From a virus: a stretch of 64,000 bases of DNA. Location of the stretch: positions 1 through 64,000 of the IMG/VR virus record IMGVR_UViG_3300047160_002053, one strand, 5' to 3'. The notes below the pieces were generated by a model. The model worked only from the letters and a program-made list of their open reading frames with translations. It searched no databases and was not told the DNA's origin. Positions 46,701-55,618 of this stretch are shown one piece after another. The first letter of the stretch is position 1; every line of letters begins with the position of its first letter. The translations under genes and the position numbers were made by a program.

Positions 46701-47574
46701 CGGCTTGCGAAATGTTTGCAGATGCCGAAACCAAATTGGTCGGGAAAGCTGCTTCAAGCGTATAAGACGTTTGCGAAGAGATCGAAGCGATCTTGCGAAC
46801 GACTCCACCCGAAACGATCACGTCACCAGCTGCGACCGTGAATGCAGGAGCGGCAGATGCCGTTGCAGCAGTTCCGGTAGTCGAAACGGTTTTCGATGCG
46901 TCATACGACATCGTGTACATGGCTTTGGCAGCGTTGAACACTGCGTTAGTGCCAGACGAGTTGATCGAGCTATTTGCGTTCGTAGAGCTTTCAGTGAAAA
47001 GATCAGTGAAAGATGCGCGGTAAAGAAGAGAATCTAGATCGTCACCGACTCCAGAGCCAGATCCACCAGAACCTGCGGAACCGAGTCGAGCCGATTGGCC
47101 AGCATTAAATGCTGCACCGTTACGGAAATAAAGACGTTGAGTACCGTCACCAGCGTCAACGCGCTTTGCGATCAAGAACACTTCTTGATTCGCTGCGCTA
47201 ACTGCCGGAAGTGCGTTACCTGCGGTGATAATCGAAACCGTCGCAGTTCCTGCGGTACGGTCGATCACGGCGATCATCATGTCGCCAGAGCTTACGAAGT
47301 TTTGCGAAGTCGATCCCAAAGAAATAACTTGGGGCACTGCGCCAGAAACCTTCTGGTTCAGAGTCAGTTTAAGAGCTTCAGAGAATTGAACCTGAGTTCC
47401 AGTGAACGTGATGGTTCCACCGTCCGTCAGGAGGGCGTTACGGTCTTCAAATAGCTTAGCGATCTCGCCATCAATACGAGGAAGCAACACGCTCAACTGT
47501 TCGTTGGCATTGTTCCCGATCATTGCGAGGGCTGATCTATTAACTACCTGTCTTGAATCTAATTGTGTAGGCAT
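43714..47574 (-). CDS. Tail fibre/receptor-binding protein B
   Basis: 1286 aa; the C-terminal two-thirds is colinear with protein A. Confidence 0.7.
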   Translation of the reverse strand: MPTQLDSRQVVNRSALAMIGNNANEQLSVLLPRIDGEIAKLFEDRNALLTDGGTITFTGTQVQFSEALKLTLNQKVSGAVPQVISLGSTSQNFVSSGDMMIAVIDRTAGTATVSIITAGNALPAVSAANQEVFLIAKRVDAGDGTQRLYFRNGAAFNAGQSARLGSAGSGGSGSGVGDDLDSLLYRASFTDLFTESSTNANSSINSSGTNAVFNAAKAMYTMSYDASKTVSTTGTAATASAAPAFTVAAGDVIVSGGVVRKIASISSQTSYTLEAAFPTNLVSASANISQAVYTKDIYNFAVDGAAISAAFGASTFSDVLVDYKDNSTANSNIFTPNTTPVIGFVASNDNTNFTTVGVRNTNETDTENSTSLLSAGTSLYLRFFANQTSGSGISNLIMYKAFMQKTTSGTSGGIANSAYAFTNSVGTPINCTVGSSGGKTSLQLTWQYAVGVYAGTTASAIEVWVNGQKIPRFVNSTLTPDASFTELSSTSILLDRDYSKYNLSVEVFQRTQIVDNSTINTTNISSQQEIMTNGFQSFISQNSVLNPTTTTGVPAAGAYYSQVSNRAAIPDLSQDLKARMGEDRILTQVIYGINNEFGSSGEQVWGSVGDLFGQVRFVGGNWANVVDTNGNGPFTNVANDYVEVVFYGTGLNMFTFAGTTGRDIRVTVDGGTEGANIYGNYSAVAAARGYNTYQQLNLVSGLTLGVHTVKLRNNSTSGITVYGFNVLTETTAIAVNPGVSYVSGQKLSLASQVSSAYASSFDTGTLGSRGGRVLIYQKSDGTIGKALNPVGSQLNMTAADHSNEEAYHNYYFREFGANRSDDFSAPGASVDRAFTLEDGITAMVGRNISNNSGTNQADGAFPVGTGNFITFTFVGTGCDLTIYEDNTSTADVCSVIVDGTTIGSLDSLSVVNRVRTQKLVSGLPYGTHTVKLLRSTSASNSRVFKYFTAYQPKKPTLPTGAIELAEYNVMATFVANATPGAEFIGTGMLRRGAVREHIYTGTWNTEAPSSQGGTAGSIEGIRFIGAAAANTVRFYFYGTGFDLRMSTPVASNTFNVTVDGVANLTGTLGATTSFYGNWTSFVGTTGVATSNGTGSFGNGLRVSGLALGLHLVVLTQNAATSFGYEGVDIVTPIHNVRNNSLYSGQNSLPIGSAPLADLRKTTPIKDSNLQTKNVAQAFGTNSSPTTSSSLMVPVPDLSVTHTNKSGRVKITMYVNWATTNAAPAFGFYVDGSPIYNQITGGSSETTTLVYYAYVSPGIHKYDIFWTTASGTLTANGTGRSLLVEEA

Positions 47575-47595
47575 CTTAATCCTCTATATATCACA

Positions 47596-47925
47596 TTACG
47601 GAGCGCGGTCGATGCGGAAATCTACGCGATCTCCAACAACCAAGTCTACGGTAAACATTAACTGGGTTCTGGGTGCGCTTCCGACATAAGTGTAGTCAAA
47701 AAGCGGCTCCATGCGATCTCCATTTAAGTAAACCTGAAGTTCTGCAGCGGTATAGGTCTGAGATCCAGGAATAGTAACAGCCGTACCAGCGGTCACGGGA
47801 CCGTTGATTTGGTTTGCGCCCGCACCGGACGCAACAACCGTTAAACTCTGGTCGTAGATGGTGATCGTCGAACTTTCTTGGAAAGAACGAGAAACTCCAC
47901 CTGACAATCTCAGGAAACTACCCAT
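47596..47925 (-). CDS. Small virion protein
   Basis: LQVYLNG...DY module shared with 50657..53356. Confidence 0.6.
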   Translation of the reverse strand: MGSFLRLSGGVSRSFQESSTITIYDQSLTVVASGAGANQINGPVTAGTAVTIPGSQTYTAAELQVYLNGDRMEPLFDYTYVGSAPRTQLMFTVDLVVGDRVDFRIDRAP

Positions 47926-49913
47926 TAAGCAATTCCTCTAAATTGGGGTCCAGTGAACAAGAAGGCTCCTAATCCTGTAACGACACCGACAGCAATCTGT
48001 GCTTCGTTCGTCGTATTGGCCAAAGAAGCACCCAAAACTTGAGCGCCTGCAGAGCCGAGGAAAACTTCGCGTCCGATGTTCGAGTTACCGAACGATCCAG
48101 GAGCAGAAGTGCCAACCAAATTCACGGTAACGCTACCGCCTGCAGAAACTGCAGAGCTAGAGTTAACCCAACCAATAACAACCCATTTGTTGTCCGAAGA
48201 AGCGTCTTTGTCGGCTTTGTAAACGCGGCCAACAGTCTCGCCAAGATCGAACATCGCCATGCGAACCAAGAACGTAGTGTTCGCGGCCATAGCTTCACCG
48301 GCAACGAAGGATTGCTTCAGAGACGGTGCGTATTGAACTGCAGCTGCCGAGCCAGATCCACCAGTGATCGTTGCTTGGTCGTATGCAGTTGATTTAACGC
48401 GAATTGCGTTCGAGGAAATCTCCAAAGAGGTTCCATCGACGTTCGCTTTGACTTTCGTTCCAGAGCCGCCAGTGATAGCGCCTGCAGCGTCGTAAGTCGT
48501 AGAGACAATTTTATTCTCGTCAACCGAGTTCGCAGCGAGTTTTGCAAGGGTGATTCCCAAGTCTTTAACGCGCAACGCATTCGCGTTGATTTCAATGGTT
48601 GAAGCGTCAACATTGACAGCAAGACCAGAGGCACCCTGACCGATTGCTCCGCCAGCGGCGAGCTTAACAGCCAATTCGTTCAAACCAGTGATCTGCAACG
48701 AAGGGTTCGACGCTTCCAGGTTGATAGTCAACTGACCAGCAACGTTACCAGGATTTGTGGACTTTAACCCACTGCTGGTAGCCAAGTCAACTGAAAAAGT
48801 GGACCCGCTGAAAGTAATCATGTCACCGCCGATCAAACCGGCGATAGGATTATAAAATGCGAAGTTAATCGGATCAGTTCCGACAGTAGTCACGGTTCCG
48901 TATTCAACGAAAACTTGACCTGCTTGCGAACCTTGTTGAACCGTAACCCACGCGCCGTTGAATTCATCAATCGGAGTGAGAGAGTCCATGTCCGCAGAAC
49001 GTGCCCACGCGCCCGAGGCAACAACGTAGATACCGTTGTCTGGAGCATTGGTTTGGTTCTTAACGAGAACGCGATCACCGGCCACAAGAGCAACAGTGTC
49101 AACGGTCTGCGTACCGCTCAACGTCAAGTTTGCGGTCGAAGCTGCCTTGACAGGAGCTTTCGGTGTCAAACCATTCAGGCGAGCGTTCATGTACGCAAGA
49201 GTAACTGCGTCTTGCGATGCAGAAGGATCTGCTAAGTTAGTAGCTCGGAATCCACCGAACGACTGGGCAGCTGCGAAAGCATTAACACCAGAAGTCAGGA
49301 TTGCTTGTTCGTAACGAACTGCGTCGCCAGCAACAGCTGCAGCGGCCAAGTTCGTAAGTTTGAATCCACCCATCGACTGAGCAGCTGCGAATGCACGCGA
49401 ACCATCTTGTTGGATCGAAGTATTGACCTGGCCAAGATTCACGTCTGCGTCTGGCATCGTGATTGTACGAGTCGTGCTTGCGGTAATACCGGAAGCATCG
49501 AAAGCGATTTGCTTCGTGTTATCTAGTGTATTTTTGATGCGGAACGTGCCATCAAAAGCCGAAGAAGCAGTCGAGGAACCGAGAGCACTATCAATACCGG
49601 CAAGAGCGCCTTTAAGCGTCAAGTCACCATTGGTAAAGTTCGTGTACGAGTTGTTATCACCGATCAGAGTCGAACCAGCCGTTCCGCCAGTGCTAGATCC
49701 AAGCTGCGTTTTGGTGAAATAGATGGTATTGTGAGTATGATACGTTGCGTCAACATCAGAACCGTTTTGCAGAGACAGTAAACGACCGAGGATCGTGTCT
49801 GTCAGCGTATTAGTTCCGGTGCTAAGTGCGCCGACAACGAGGGTATTTACAGAGAGATCAACTTGTCTCTGAATACCGCCAATTAACTGGGAGAGTTTTG
49901 AGATATTTGCCAT
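47925..49913 (-). CDS. Tail fibre protein
   Basis: ASTANLTLSGTQTVD...GDRVLVKNQT...NGIYV...W.RS.D fibre motif; TNLADP...DAVT repeats. Confidence 0.8.
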   Translation of the reverse strand: MANISKLSQLIGGIQRQVDLSVNTLVVGALSTGTNTLTDTILGRLLSLQNGSDVDATYHTHNTIYFTKTQLGSSTGGTAGSTLIGDNNSYTNFTNGDLTLKGALAGIDSALGSSTASSAFDGTFRIKNTLDNTKQIAFDASGITASTTRTITMPDADVNLGQVNTSIQQDGSRAFAAAQSMGGFKLTNLAAAAVAGDAVRYEQAILTSGVNAFAAAQSFGGFRATNLADPSASQDAVTLAYMNARLNGLTPKAPVKAASTANLTLSGTQTVDTVALVAGDRVLVKNQTNAPDNGIYVVASGAWARSADMDSLTPIDEFNGAWVTVQQGSQAGQVFVEYGTVTTVGTDPINFAFYNPIAGLIGGDMITFSGSTFSVDLATSSGLKSTNPGNVAGQLTINLEASNPSLQITGLNELAVKLAAGGAIGQGASGLAVNVDASTIEINANALRVKDLGITLAKLAANSVDENKIVSTTYDAAGAITGGSGTKVKANVDGTSLEISSNAIRVKSTAYDQATITGGSGSAAAVQYAPSLKQSFVAGEAMAANTTFLVRMAMFDLGETVGRVYKADKDASSDNKWVVIGWVNSSSAVSAGGSVTVNLVGTSAPGSFGNSNIGREVFLGSAGAQVLGASLANTTNEAQIAVGVVTGLGAFLFTGPQFRGIA

Positions 49914-49936
49914 TTTAAATCCTTAATCGAACGATC

Positions 49937-50197
49937 CTATTTAAGATTAGCCTGCTTAGGCTTCCTGCCTTTTTTGGCAGGTATTTTCGCGGCCTTAGCC
50001 GGTTTTTGTTCTAAACCATCAATTTGAAAGGCGATTTTTGCGCTCATCCCGTATATATTCAGGAAGGCATTCATTTTATTCGCCGCTTCATCGCAAATGT
50101 CCTTGCAACGATCCCCAAGCTGCTGGGACAGGTTTTTAACCTCTGCCATTGGCATCTTAGAAATGTCAACTTTGCGCTCTCTGTCTTTCAAATCCAT
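49937..50197 (-). CDS. Hypothetical protein
   Basis: AAGGGAG RBS before ATG 50197. Confidence 0.6.
   Translation of the reverse strand: MDLKDRERKVDISKMPMAEVKNLSQQLGDRCKDICDEAANKMNAFLNIYGMSAKIAFQIDGLEQKPAKAAKIPAKKGRKPKQANLK
49939..49948 (-). promoter_or_regulatory. Candidate late promoter AATCTTAAAT
   Basis: 25 nt upstream of ATG 49913. Confidence 0.45.
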
Positions 50198-50207
50198 AAG
50201 CTCTCCC

Positions 50208-50657
50208 TTACAGTCTTCCGACCAATTCAATAGCTAATTTAATGTCGCGCAGCGTTGAAGTGAATTCGTTACGGACGAAAACGCCCACGAAAACCACAAA
50301 ATCGCCATCAACGAATCCGCCTACGCCAATTTCTGGCTTAGCATTCGTCAAATTTCCGTCCTTTCCAATCCAAAGAGGATCTCCGAGATTGAAAGAAGGA
50401 AAAGTCACATCTTCCAAACGACCAGTATCTTGCACGCCGCCTGTAGCAGATGCAGGAATGATTACGTTGGTAAGACCAACAAACGCGAGAACGTTCGCTT
50501 CATTGGAAACGTCAACCGTTACCAGTTGACTATTCGTGTTAATAGCCGCAGGCGTACCTTTGACCATAGAAGAGCCGGAAGCATTTGTAAAATTGCTTGC
50601 GACTCCCTTGACCGAGCCCTTCGCCTGAGCATTCAAAAAGTAGGGCGAGTAACTCAT
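50208..50657 (-). CDS. Virion protein, capsid-fibre/decoration-like
   Basis: Beta-rich FVGL...G...GDPLWIGKDGNLT; resembles the C-terminus of 47925..49913. Confidence 0.5.
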   Translation of the reverse strand: MSYSPYFLNAQAKGSVKGVASNFTNASGSSMVKGTPAAINTNSQLVTVDVSNEANVLAFVGLTNVIIPASATGGVQDTGRLEDVTFPSFNLGDPLWIGKDGNLTNAKPEIGVGGFVDGDFVVFVGVFVRNEFTSTLRDIKLAIELVGRL

Positions 50658-53356
50658 TAGATTACCCACCATTGAGTTCCGTCACTGACCATAGTCACTG
50701 TGACGAATTGCGAACTGATCACGAGAGTATTTGCTCCGTCGATCAATTGAGCGCCAAAAGCTTGGATCGTAACTGCGTTGACAGATGCGTCGATCTTCTT
50801 GAAGAAGAAGACTTGACCTGTAGCCGAACTTGCAGTCGGAAGACTGAACAAGATCGAACCTGAAGTAGCATCGCCGAGCAACACGTTGTCGCTCGTCATT
50901 ACGGTGTAGTTTCCAGTCTTAGTGGAAATTGCAACGGGTCCACCGATTGCATCGGCACCAGCAGGACCAGTAGGTCCAGGAGGTCCTTGAGGACCGACAC
51001 CGCCTCCGCCGCCTCCACCTGCGCCGCCGCCTCCGCCATTGATGCGGAATTCGAGTTCGTCGCCGATTTCAAGCTGTTGAAGAATCATGATCTCATTTGA
51101 AGCAGTACCAGATGCACCAACTTCAGACCAGTCGATTCCCAAACGGAGATATTGACCATTCAAGAACACCATCAACGCGCCAGATCCTACAGTGTAATAC
51201 TGCGTGATCGAAGCAAGACGAGTGTTCGGAGGAAGATTGATTACAGTGTTAACCGACACAGGTCCGGTCAAGGACGTAGGCGGAGTAGCACCAGAAGCCA
51301 CGATATCGACGTTTTCATCGTAAGTCGGGCTGTTAAGAGAAGCAAGGATTGCACCGAAAGCGCTATCAAGTTTTTTGATTGCTTTCGTGAGATTATCACC
51401 GTCATTGACGATGTAGTTACCATCTCCAGAACCGTTCTGAACAATAGTGATTGCGAACGGAGCAGGAATATTGAAATTCACCGCATTTGCCGTAGCACCG
51501 CCAGAATTATTAGTAACGCGAACCGTATTTTGGTTCGGATTCGGACGAACAGCTGCTGTAAAATCAGGCTGGAATGTTCCAGACAATGCAGATGCAAGCT
51601 GCGACGCAACTTGCGCGTCAGTCATTCCAGTCGTAATGTCCCATTCGATTCCAACATGGTCAGCCAAAGGAGCAGGGTCAGTTCCGCCGCCATCTTTGTT
51701 AACCCAAACGTAATATTTACGAGCATCAGCTGCAGAGTTGATGAAGAAATATTGATTCGACGACATCGTTGCGGCAGATCCACAAAGAACATCTGTGATT
51801 TCAGGCAACGCACCAGGATTCACCGCAGAGGAGTATTGGGGTTTGCTAGACGTTTCTAGCGGAGCACCGATATACTGCAGGATCTGTTTAGGGAATCCAT
51901 CGTCGATATCTTCCGACTCACCCATTTCAAGTTCTGTGCCGATGAATCGTACATAGACTCGCGGAATGACGCCGCCGTTATCCGCACGATGCAAGAACCA
52001 GAACACGTCCTGTCCTTGCGGTACGCTTGCGCGATCCGCAATGTAAATATCGCGGTTCGAGCTAGGTGTAGCCGAAGTGCTGTAGCTTCCGAATGCGTAT
52101 TTAGCTTTCGCTCCGCCAGCGCCGGTAGACGTGCCCGCGAAAGGAATAGTCAATGTGACTTGGCTCAGAGAATCAACGGATTGGATTTGGTAGTATCCGG
52201 CAACGGTGTCTGCGCCCAGCTTAATCCAGTCACCAGCTTGCAACGGGCCAGTCCATGCAATGGAACCAACCGAAGTGACAACTGCTGACGAATTCGTGAA
52301 GATCAGGTTAGGAGAAATTTGTACGTCGCGAACCAAAGTCACATAGGCGACTTCGTTATCTGCGAGAGTAATGTCGGTAGAGGTAGGATTCGCCGTGAAT
52401 TTGTATTTCAGACGCGAACCTACGATATTCAAGAAAATATCTTCGTCCCAATTGATGAGACCGGCAGTATCCGCAGAATGCGTGATCGTGCCTGCGCCCG
52501 TAGTAATCGTGTTACCAAGATCAGTGCGCAACGAATCAATGGAACCTGCCGAACCTGGCGAGTACCAATAGACCGTACCTTTGATTTCCTGGAGTGCCGT
52601 CATGATAGCATTCATCCAGTCTTTCAAAGTCATGAGCATCTTATCGCCGCCGTGGAACGGATTGATCGAGTTCGACGAAGACGTAGAAGGATTTTCAGTA
52701 CGACCTTCTGCTTGAGCGGTCCACGGATAAACGTAGAACGGATTCGGAGAAGCGCCGCCAGTTCCAAGACGGAACAGCATCCAGCGTGCATCGGTGATGC
52801 TTTGAACGTTATTGCCTGAATCGGTAGTTACTGTGGCAATAGGAAGAACGTTCGATGCAAAGGTGCTAGTCGTGATCTTAATGCGGTAGCGAAGAATCTG
52901 AGCACGAGGAGCATTTTTGGTAGTTTCGTTATTGGTAGTCGGGTTCCAGATGTACACTTGTGACGAGGTAGTGTCGTCGATGAAGCGTTCATATTCCAGA
53001 CCAACGTAGTTGATCGCAGAAGGCGCGAAAGCACCGTCAACGATAGTGTTCGTCGCGGAGTTCAGCTGCTGAGCAGGAGTGCCAACAGGAACGAGATAAA
53101 AAGTACCGGACTGGCTCGAAGAGACATGGAACACTGCGCCAGGATCAACGATGAGTTGAAGACCCGATGCCGCACCGCCGATAGCTCCGGCCATAGAAAT
53201 TTCAAAACCGCGAAGGAGATAACCCTGCGAAGTTCCGGTTACAAACGATTGAATTAACTGATCGAAGTCATTGGACGCAGCTGATTCGAGAGCGCGCATG
53301 TCTGGGACATCGACCCTCTGCTGACTAATCCAATTAACACGTCTTTGAACGCCCAT
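50657..53356 (-). CDS. Baseplate/tail-associated protein with short collagen-like repeat
   Basis: 899 aa; poly-Gly then GPQGPPGPTGPAGAD; C-terminal fibre-type domain. Confidence 0.7.
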   Translation of the reverse strand: MGVQRRVNWISQQRVDVPDMRALESAASNDFDQLIQSFVTGTSQGYLLRGFEISMAGAIGGAASGLQLIVDPGAVFHVSSSQSGTFYLVPVGTPAQQLNSATNTIVDGAFAPSAINYVGLEYERFIDDTTSSQVYIWNPTTNNETTKNAPRAQILRYRIKITTSTFASNVLPIATVTTDSGNNVQSITDARWMLFRLGTGGASPNPFYVYPWTAQAEGRTENPSTSSSNSINPFHGGDKMLMTLKDWMNAIMTALQEIKGTVYWYSPGSAGSIDSLRTDLGNTITTGAGTITHSADTAGLINWDEDIFLNIVGSRLKYKFTANPTSTDITLADNEVAYVTLVRDVQISPNLIFTNSSAVVTSVGSIAWTGPLQAGDWIKLGADTVAGYYQIQSVDSLSQVTLTIPFAGTSTGAGGAKAKYAFGSYSTSATPSSNRDIYIADRASVPQGQDVFWFLHRADNGGVIPRVYVRFIGTELEMGESEDIDDGFPKQILQYIGAPLETSSKPQYSSAVNPGALPEITDVLCGSAATMSSNQYFFINSAADARKYYVWVNKDGGGTDPAPLADHVGIEWDITTGMTDAQVASQLASALSGTFQPDFTAAVRPNPNQNTVRVTNNSGGATANAVNFNIPAPFAITIVQNGSGDGNYIVNDGDNLTKAIKKLDSAFGAILASLNSPTYDENVDIVASGATPPTSLTGPVSVNTVINLPPNTRLASITQYYTVGSGALMVFLNGQYLRLGIDWSEVGASGTASNEIMILQQLEIGDELEFRINGGGGGAGGGGGGGVGPQGPPGPTGPAGADAIGGPVAISTKTGNYTVMTSDNVLLGDATSGSILFSLPTASSATGQVFFFKKIDASVNAVTIQAFGAQLIDGANTLVISSQFVTVTMVSDGTQWWVI

Positions 53357-53388
53357 TTAACTACCCTTTAGATTTTAGATACTACCAA

Positions 53389-53398
53389 ATATAAGATT
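53389..53398 (-). promoter_or_regulatory. Candidate late promoter AATCTTATAT
   Basis: Intergenic, 32 nt upstream of ATG 53356. Confidence 0.5.
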
Positions 53399-53473
53399 GT
53401 CATGTTGCTGGTCCTTCCAAAATCGGTTGCCTACACCCTATTTATCATATAAGATGGTCTTAGGATGCAGCTG

Positions 53474-53483
53474 AATCTTAAAT
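53474..53483 (+). promoter_or_regulatory. Candidate late promoter AATCTTAAAT
   Basis: Intergenic, 24 nt upstream of TTG 53508. Confidence 0.5.
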
Positions 53484-53507
53484 GTGTCCTAGACAGAGGA
53501 GTTTTCC

Positions 53508-53951
53508 TTGGGTAAATCGAAACGTGGCTTCAAAGAACGCACCAGAGAACAAGAGCTGAAATTTGAAAACAAGGAGTTTCGCCGCCGAGAAAGAGACAAA
53601 GACCATCAAATTCTCATGTTAAAACGCGAGGTTAGCTCGCTTCGTAAGCAGCTTGCCAGGATCGACCTGGATCGCTATAGCCATATCCGCGACATCGTGG
53701 AAGAGCATTATCATGAAGAAGAACAACAGGTTACAGCTTTAGACGGGCTCAAATCCCTTAAAGAACAGTGGAAGTGCCATGAGTGTGGCAACGGCTATCT
53801 GGAGATCTACGTCTATAATCGTCAAGACGGTACTTTCTATTACCGCGTCTGTAACAATTGTCCTAATCGAACCAAATCGCAGAAATACGATCCGGATACA
53901 GTGCAGGGCATCATGAAAGACCTTACAAAACCTGCGAAAAACACTAAATAG
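53508..53951 (+). CDS. Coiled-coil plus zinc-ribbon protein
   Basis: GAGGAG RBS; CHECG...CNNC. Confidence 0.7.
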   Translation: MGKSKRGFKERTREQELKFENKEFRRRERDKDHQILMLKREVSSLRKQLARIDLDRYSHIRDIVEEHYHEEEQQVTALDGLKSLKEQWKCHECGNGYLEIYVYNRQDGTFYYRVCNNCPNRTKSQKYDPDTVQGIMKDLTKPAKNTK

Positions 53952-53963
53952 TTGAATTGTTTG

Positions 53964-53985
53964 GCCTTTTTTGAGAAAAAAAGGC
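53964..53985. terminator. Possible terminator hairpin
   Basis: GCCTTTTTT-GAGA-AAAAAAGGC inverted repeat. Confidence 0.4.
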
Positions 53986-54014
53986 TTCACATTCCCCTCC
54001 GACCATGCTACTAT
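53986..54014 (+). promoter_or_regulatory. Sigma70-type promoter with extended -10
   Basis: TTCACA-17 bp-TACTAT, preceded by TG. Confidence 0.55.
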
Positions 54015-54033
54015 GGTATTGATTGGAGGTCGA

Positions 54034-54585
54034 ATGACATTTGAAACAATAATTCTCATGGCGGCAAAGAAGGCCGCAGTTTCCGGAGCGCTGCTCCTCG
54101 CGATCTGTACGCATGAAAGTGGTTTGAAAAATATCACTGTTCCTCATGACGGCGGAAGTCCTTCCTATGGAATCTGCCAAATTAAGTTTGAAACGGCCAA
54201 GATGGTCGGTTTCACCGGCCAAGAAAAAGATCTGATGAAGCCGGAAGTCAACGCAAAGTGGGCCGCTGAATATCTGAAGTTCCAAAAAGAACGATATGGC
54301 GGAGAATGGCTCAAGGCAGTTGCTGCTTACAATTCTGGAACGTACAATCCATCGTCCAAAGTTCCTGGCTGTCCTCGAAATCTTCAGTATGTAAAAAATG
54401 TTCAACGAAAGTTGGCAGAGGACTTGCAACAAAAGCTGCAATGTGGTACAAAGAAAATAGTCCTACCTCAAATTAGTATTTGTGTGTGGGAAAAACAGTG
54501 GACGGAGTGCGAATCTCCGCCTAGAAAGAAAACAAATGAAAGCCATCATGGTGATGGACCTAGAGCTAAATCAGCCGTCCCGTAA
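54034..54585 (+). CDS. Lytic transglycosylase (SLT domain)
   Basis: AICTHESG (catalytic Glu), SYGICQI, AAYNSG. GGAGG RBS before ATG 54034. Confidence 0.85.
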   Translation: MTFETIILMAAKKAAVSGALLLAICTHESGLKNITVPHDGGSPSYGICQIKFETAKMVGFTGQEKDLMKPEVNAKWAAEYLKFQKERYGGEWLKAVAAYNSGTYNPSSKVPGCPRNLQYVKNVQRKLAEDLQQKLQCGTKKIVLPQISICVWEKQWTECESPPRKKTNESHHGDGPRAKSAVP

Positions 54586-55126
54586 GGTTATTCAACTCGG
54601 GGCAGCAGTGTTCAATCCGCGTAACGGCGTATTGATTGAAAGGCTCGAACTATATGTGAATCCAGAAGAGCCGATTGATCCATTTATCACGGATCTTACT
54701 GGTATTCGCGACTCAGACGTGCGCGGAGGCTGTACTGTAAAAGAAGCCTACGAAGAATTGAAACGACTGCACAAAAAACATAAGTGCTTCGTTAATCCGA
54801 TGGTTTGGGGATCAGGAGTCAGAAACGATTCGATTGCTCTTTATGAAGGCTATCGAGAATTCTGTCTTCAGCGCGGCGAAGAGCCTGACGCGGAAAATTA
54901 TTTTGGATTTAGAGTCCTAGACGTGAAAACTGTCTATCAAAGTGTTCAGATATTTGAAGACAGTCAATATTCCGGTGGATTAAAAGACTGTATGAAAAAA
55001 CTAGGCCTTACGTTTGAGGGTGATCCTCACAGGGCCATAACCGATGCGATCAATACGTTTCGCCTCTGGTATCATCTTATGAGGATTTTTCACGATGGAA
55101 AAGTCGCCCAAAAAAAGCGGATTTGA
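54536..55126 (+). CDS. DEDDh 3'-5' exonuclease
   Basis: MDLE, IQLGA, LTGI, WG...D, HRAITDA. Confidence 0.85.
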   Translation: MKAIMVMDLELNQPSRKVIQLGAAVFNPRNGVLIERLELYVNPEEPIDPFITDLTGIRDSDVRGGCTVKEAYEELKRLHKKHKCFVNPMVWGSGVRNDSIALYEGYREFCLQRGEEPDAENYFGFRVLDVKTVYQSVQIFEDSQYSGGLKDCMKKLGLTFEGDPHRAITDAINTFRLWYHLMRIFHDGKVAQKKRI

Positions 55127-55196
55127 CCGAGAACTTATTATCATCCTCGTTTCATTAGCAGCCCTAGCTGTGGCTATTTCTATGAATTTTCGTTAA
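55095..55196 (+). CDS. Possible single-TM peptide (33 aa)
   Basis: MEKSPKKSGFDRELIIILVSLAALAVAISMNFR; GAGGA upstream. Confidence 0.35.
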   Translation: MEKSPKKSGFDRELIIILVSLAALAVAISMNFR

Positions 55197-55618
55197 GAGC
55201 GATCTAGCGCGAAAAGCGGGATCGTACCTTCAAAATTGAAGTTCATCTTGTAGGTAGATTTCGTAGCTGCTACGTGGCTTTCTTGCGTCACTTTTGCTTG
55301 CGGAATGAACAGAATATCTTCGCCAGTTGAACGGTCCTGAATACGGATCGAAATGTACGGAGAAGCCAAAAGATCGACGAACAAGGGACGCAGGCTCTGA
55401 GCTTGCAATCCGCCGCTATTTTTAACGCGAAGTCCTTGGACTCCACCTTTGATAGAAATTCGAGTAGGCGCGATTTCTTGCGCATATCCCACGTCAATTC
55501 CATAGATCGGAGTTTCGCCGTAATCAACAGTCAAAGAAATAGACTGAACCGTCTTATAGACTTGGTTGTTGATGTAAAGCTTAATATGTGCGCCAGTAAG
55601 GATAATCGGTGCAGCCAT
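55193..55618 (-). CDS. Tail tube-like protein
   Basis: 141 aa; beta pattern VQSISLTVDYGETPIYGID...EIAP. Confidence 0.6.
   Translation of the reverse strand: MAAPIILTGAHIKLYINNQVYKTVQSISLTVDYGETPIYGIDVGYAQEIAPTRISIKGGVQGLRVKNSGGLQAQSLRPLFVDLLASPYISIRIQDRSTGEDILFIPQAKVTQESHVAATKSTYKMNFNFEGTIPLFALDRS

Noticed and set aside
41035-47574. Diversity-generating retroelement or invertible fibre cassette
   Set aside because: No reverse transcriptase or invertase is in the window. The shared blocks are short direct repeats without adenine-specific mismatches.
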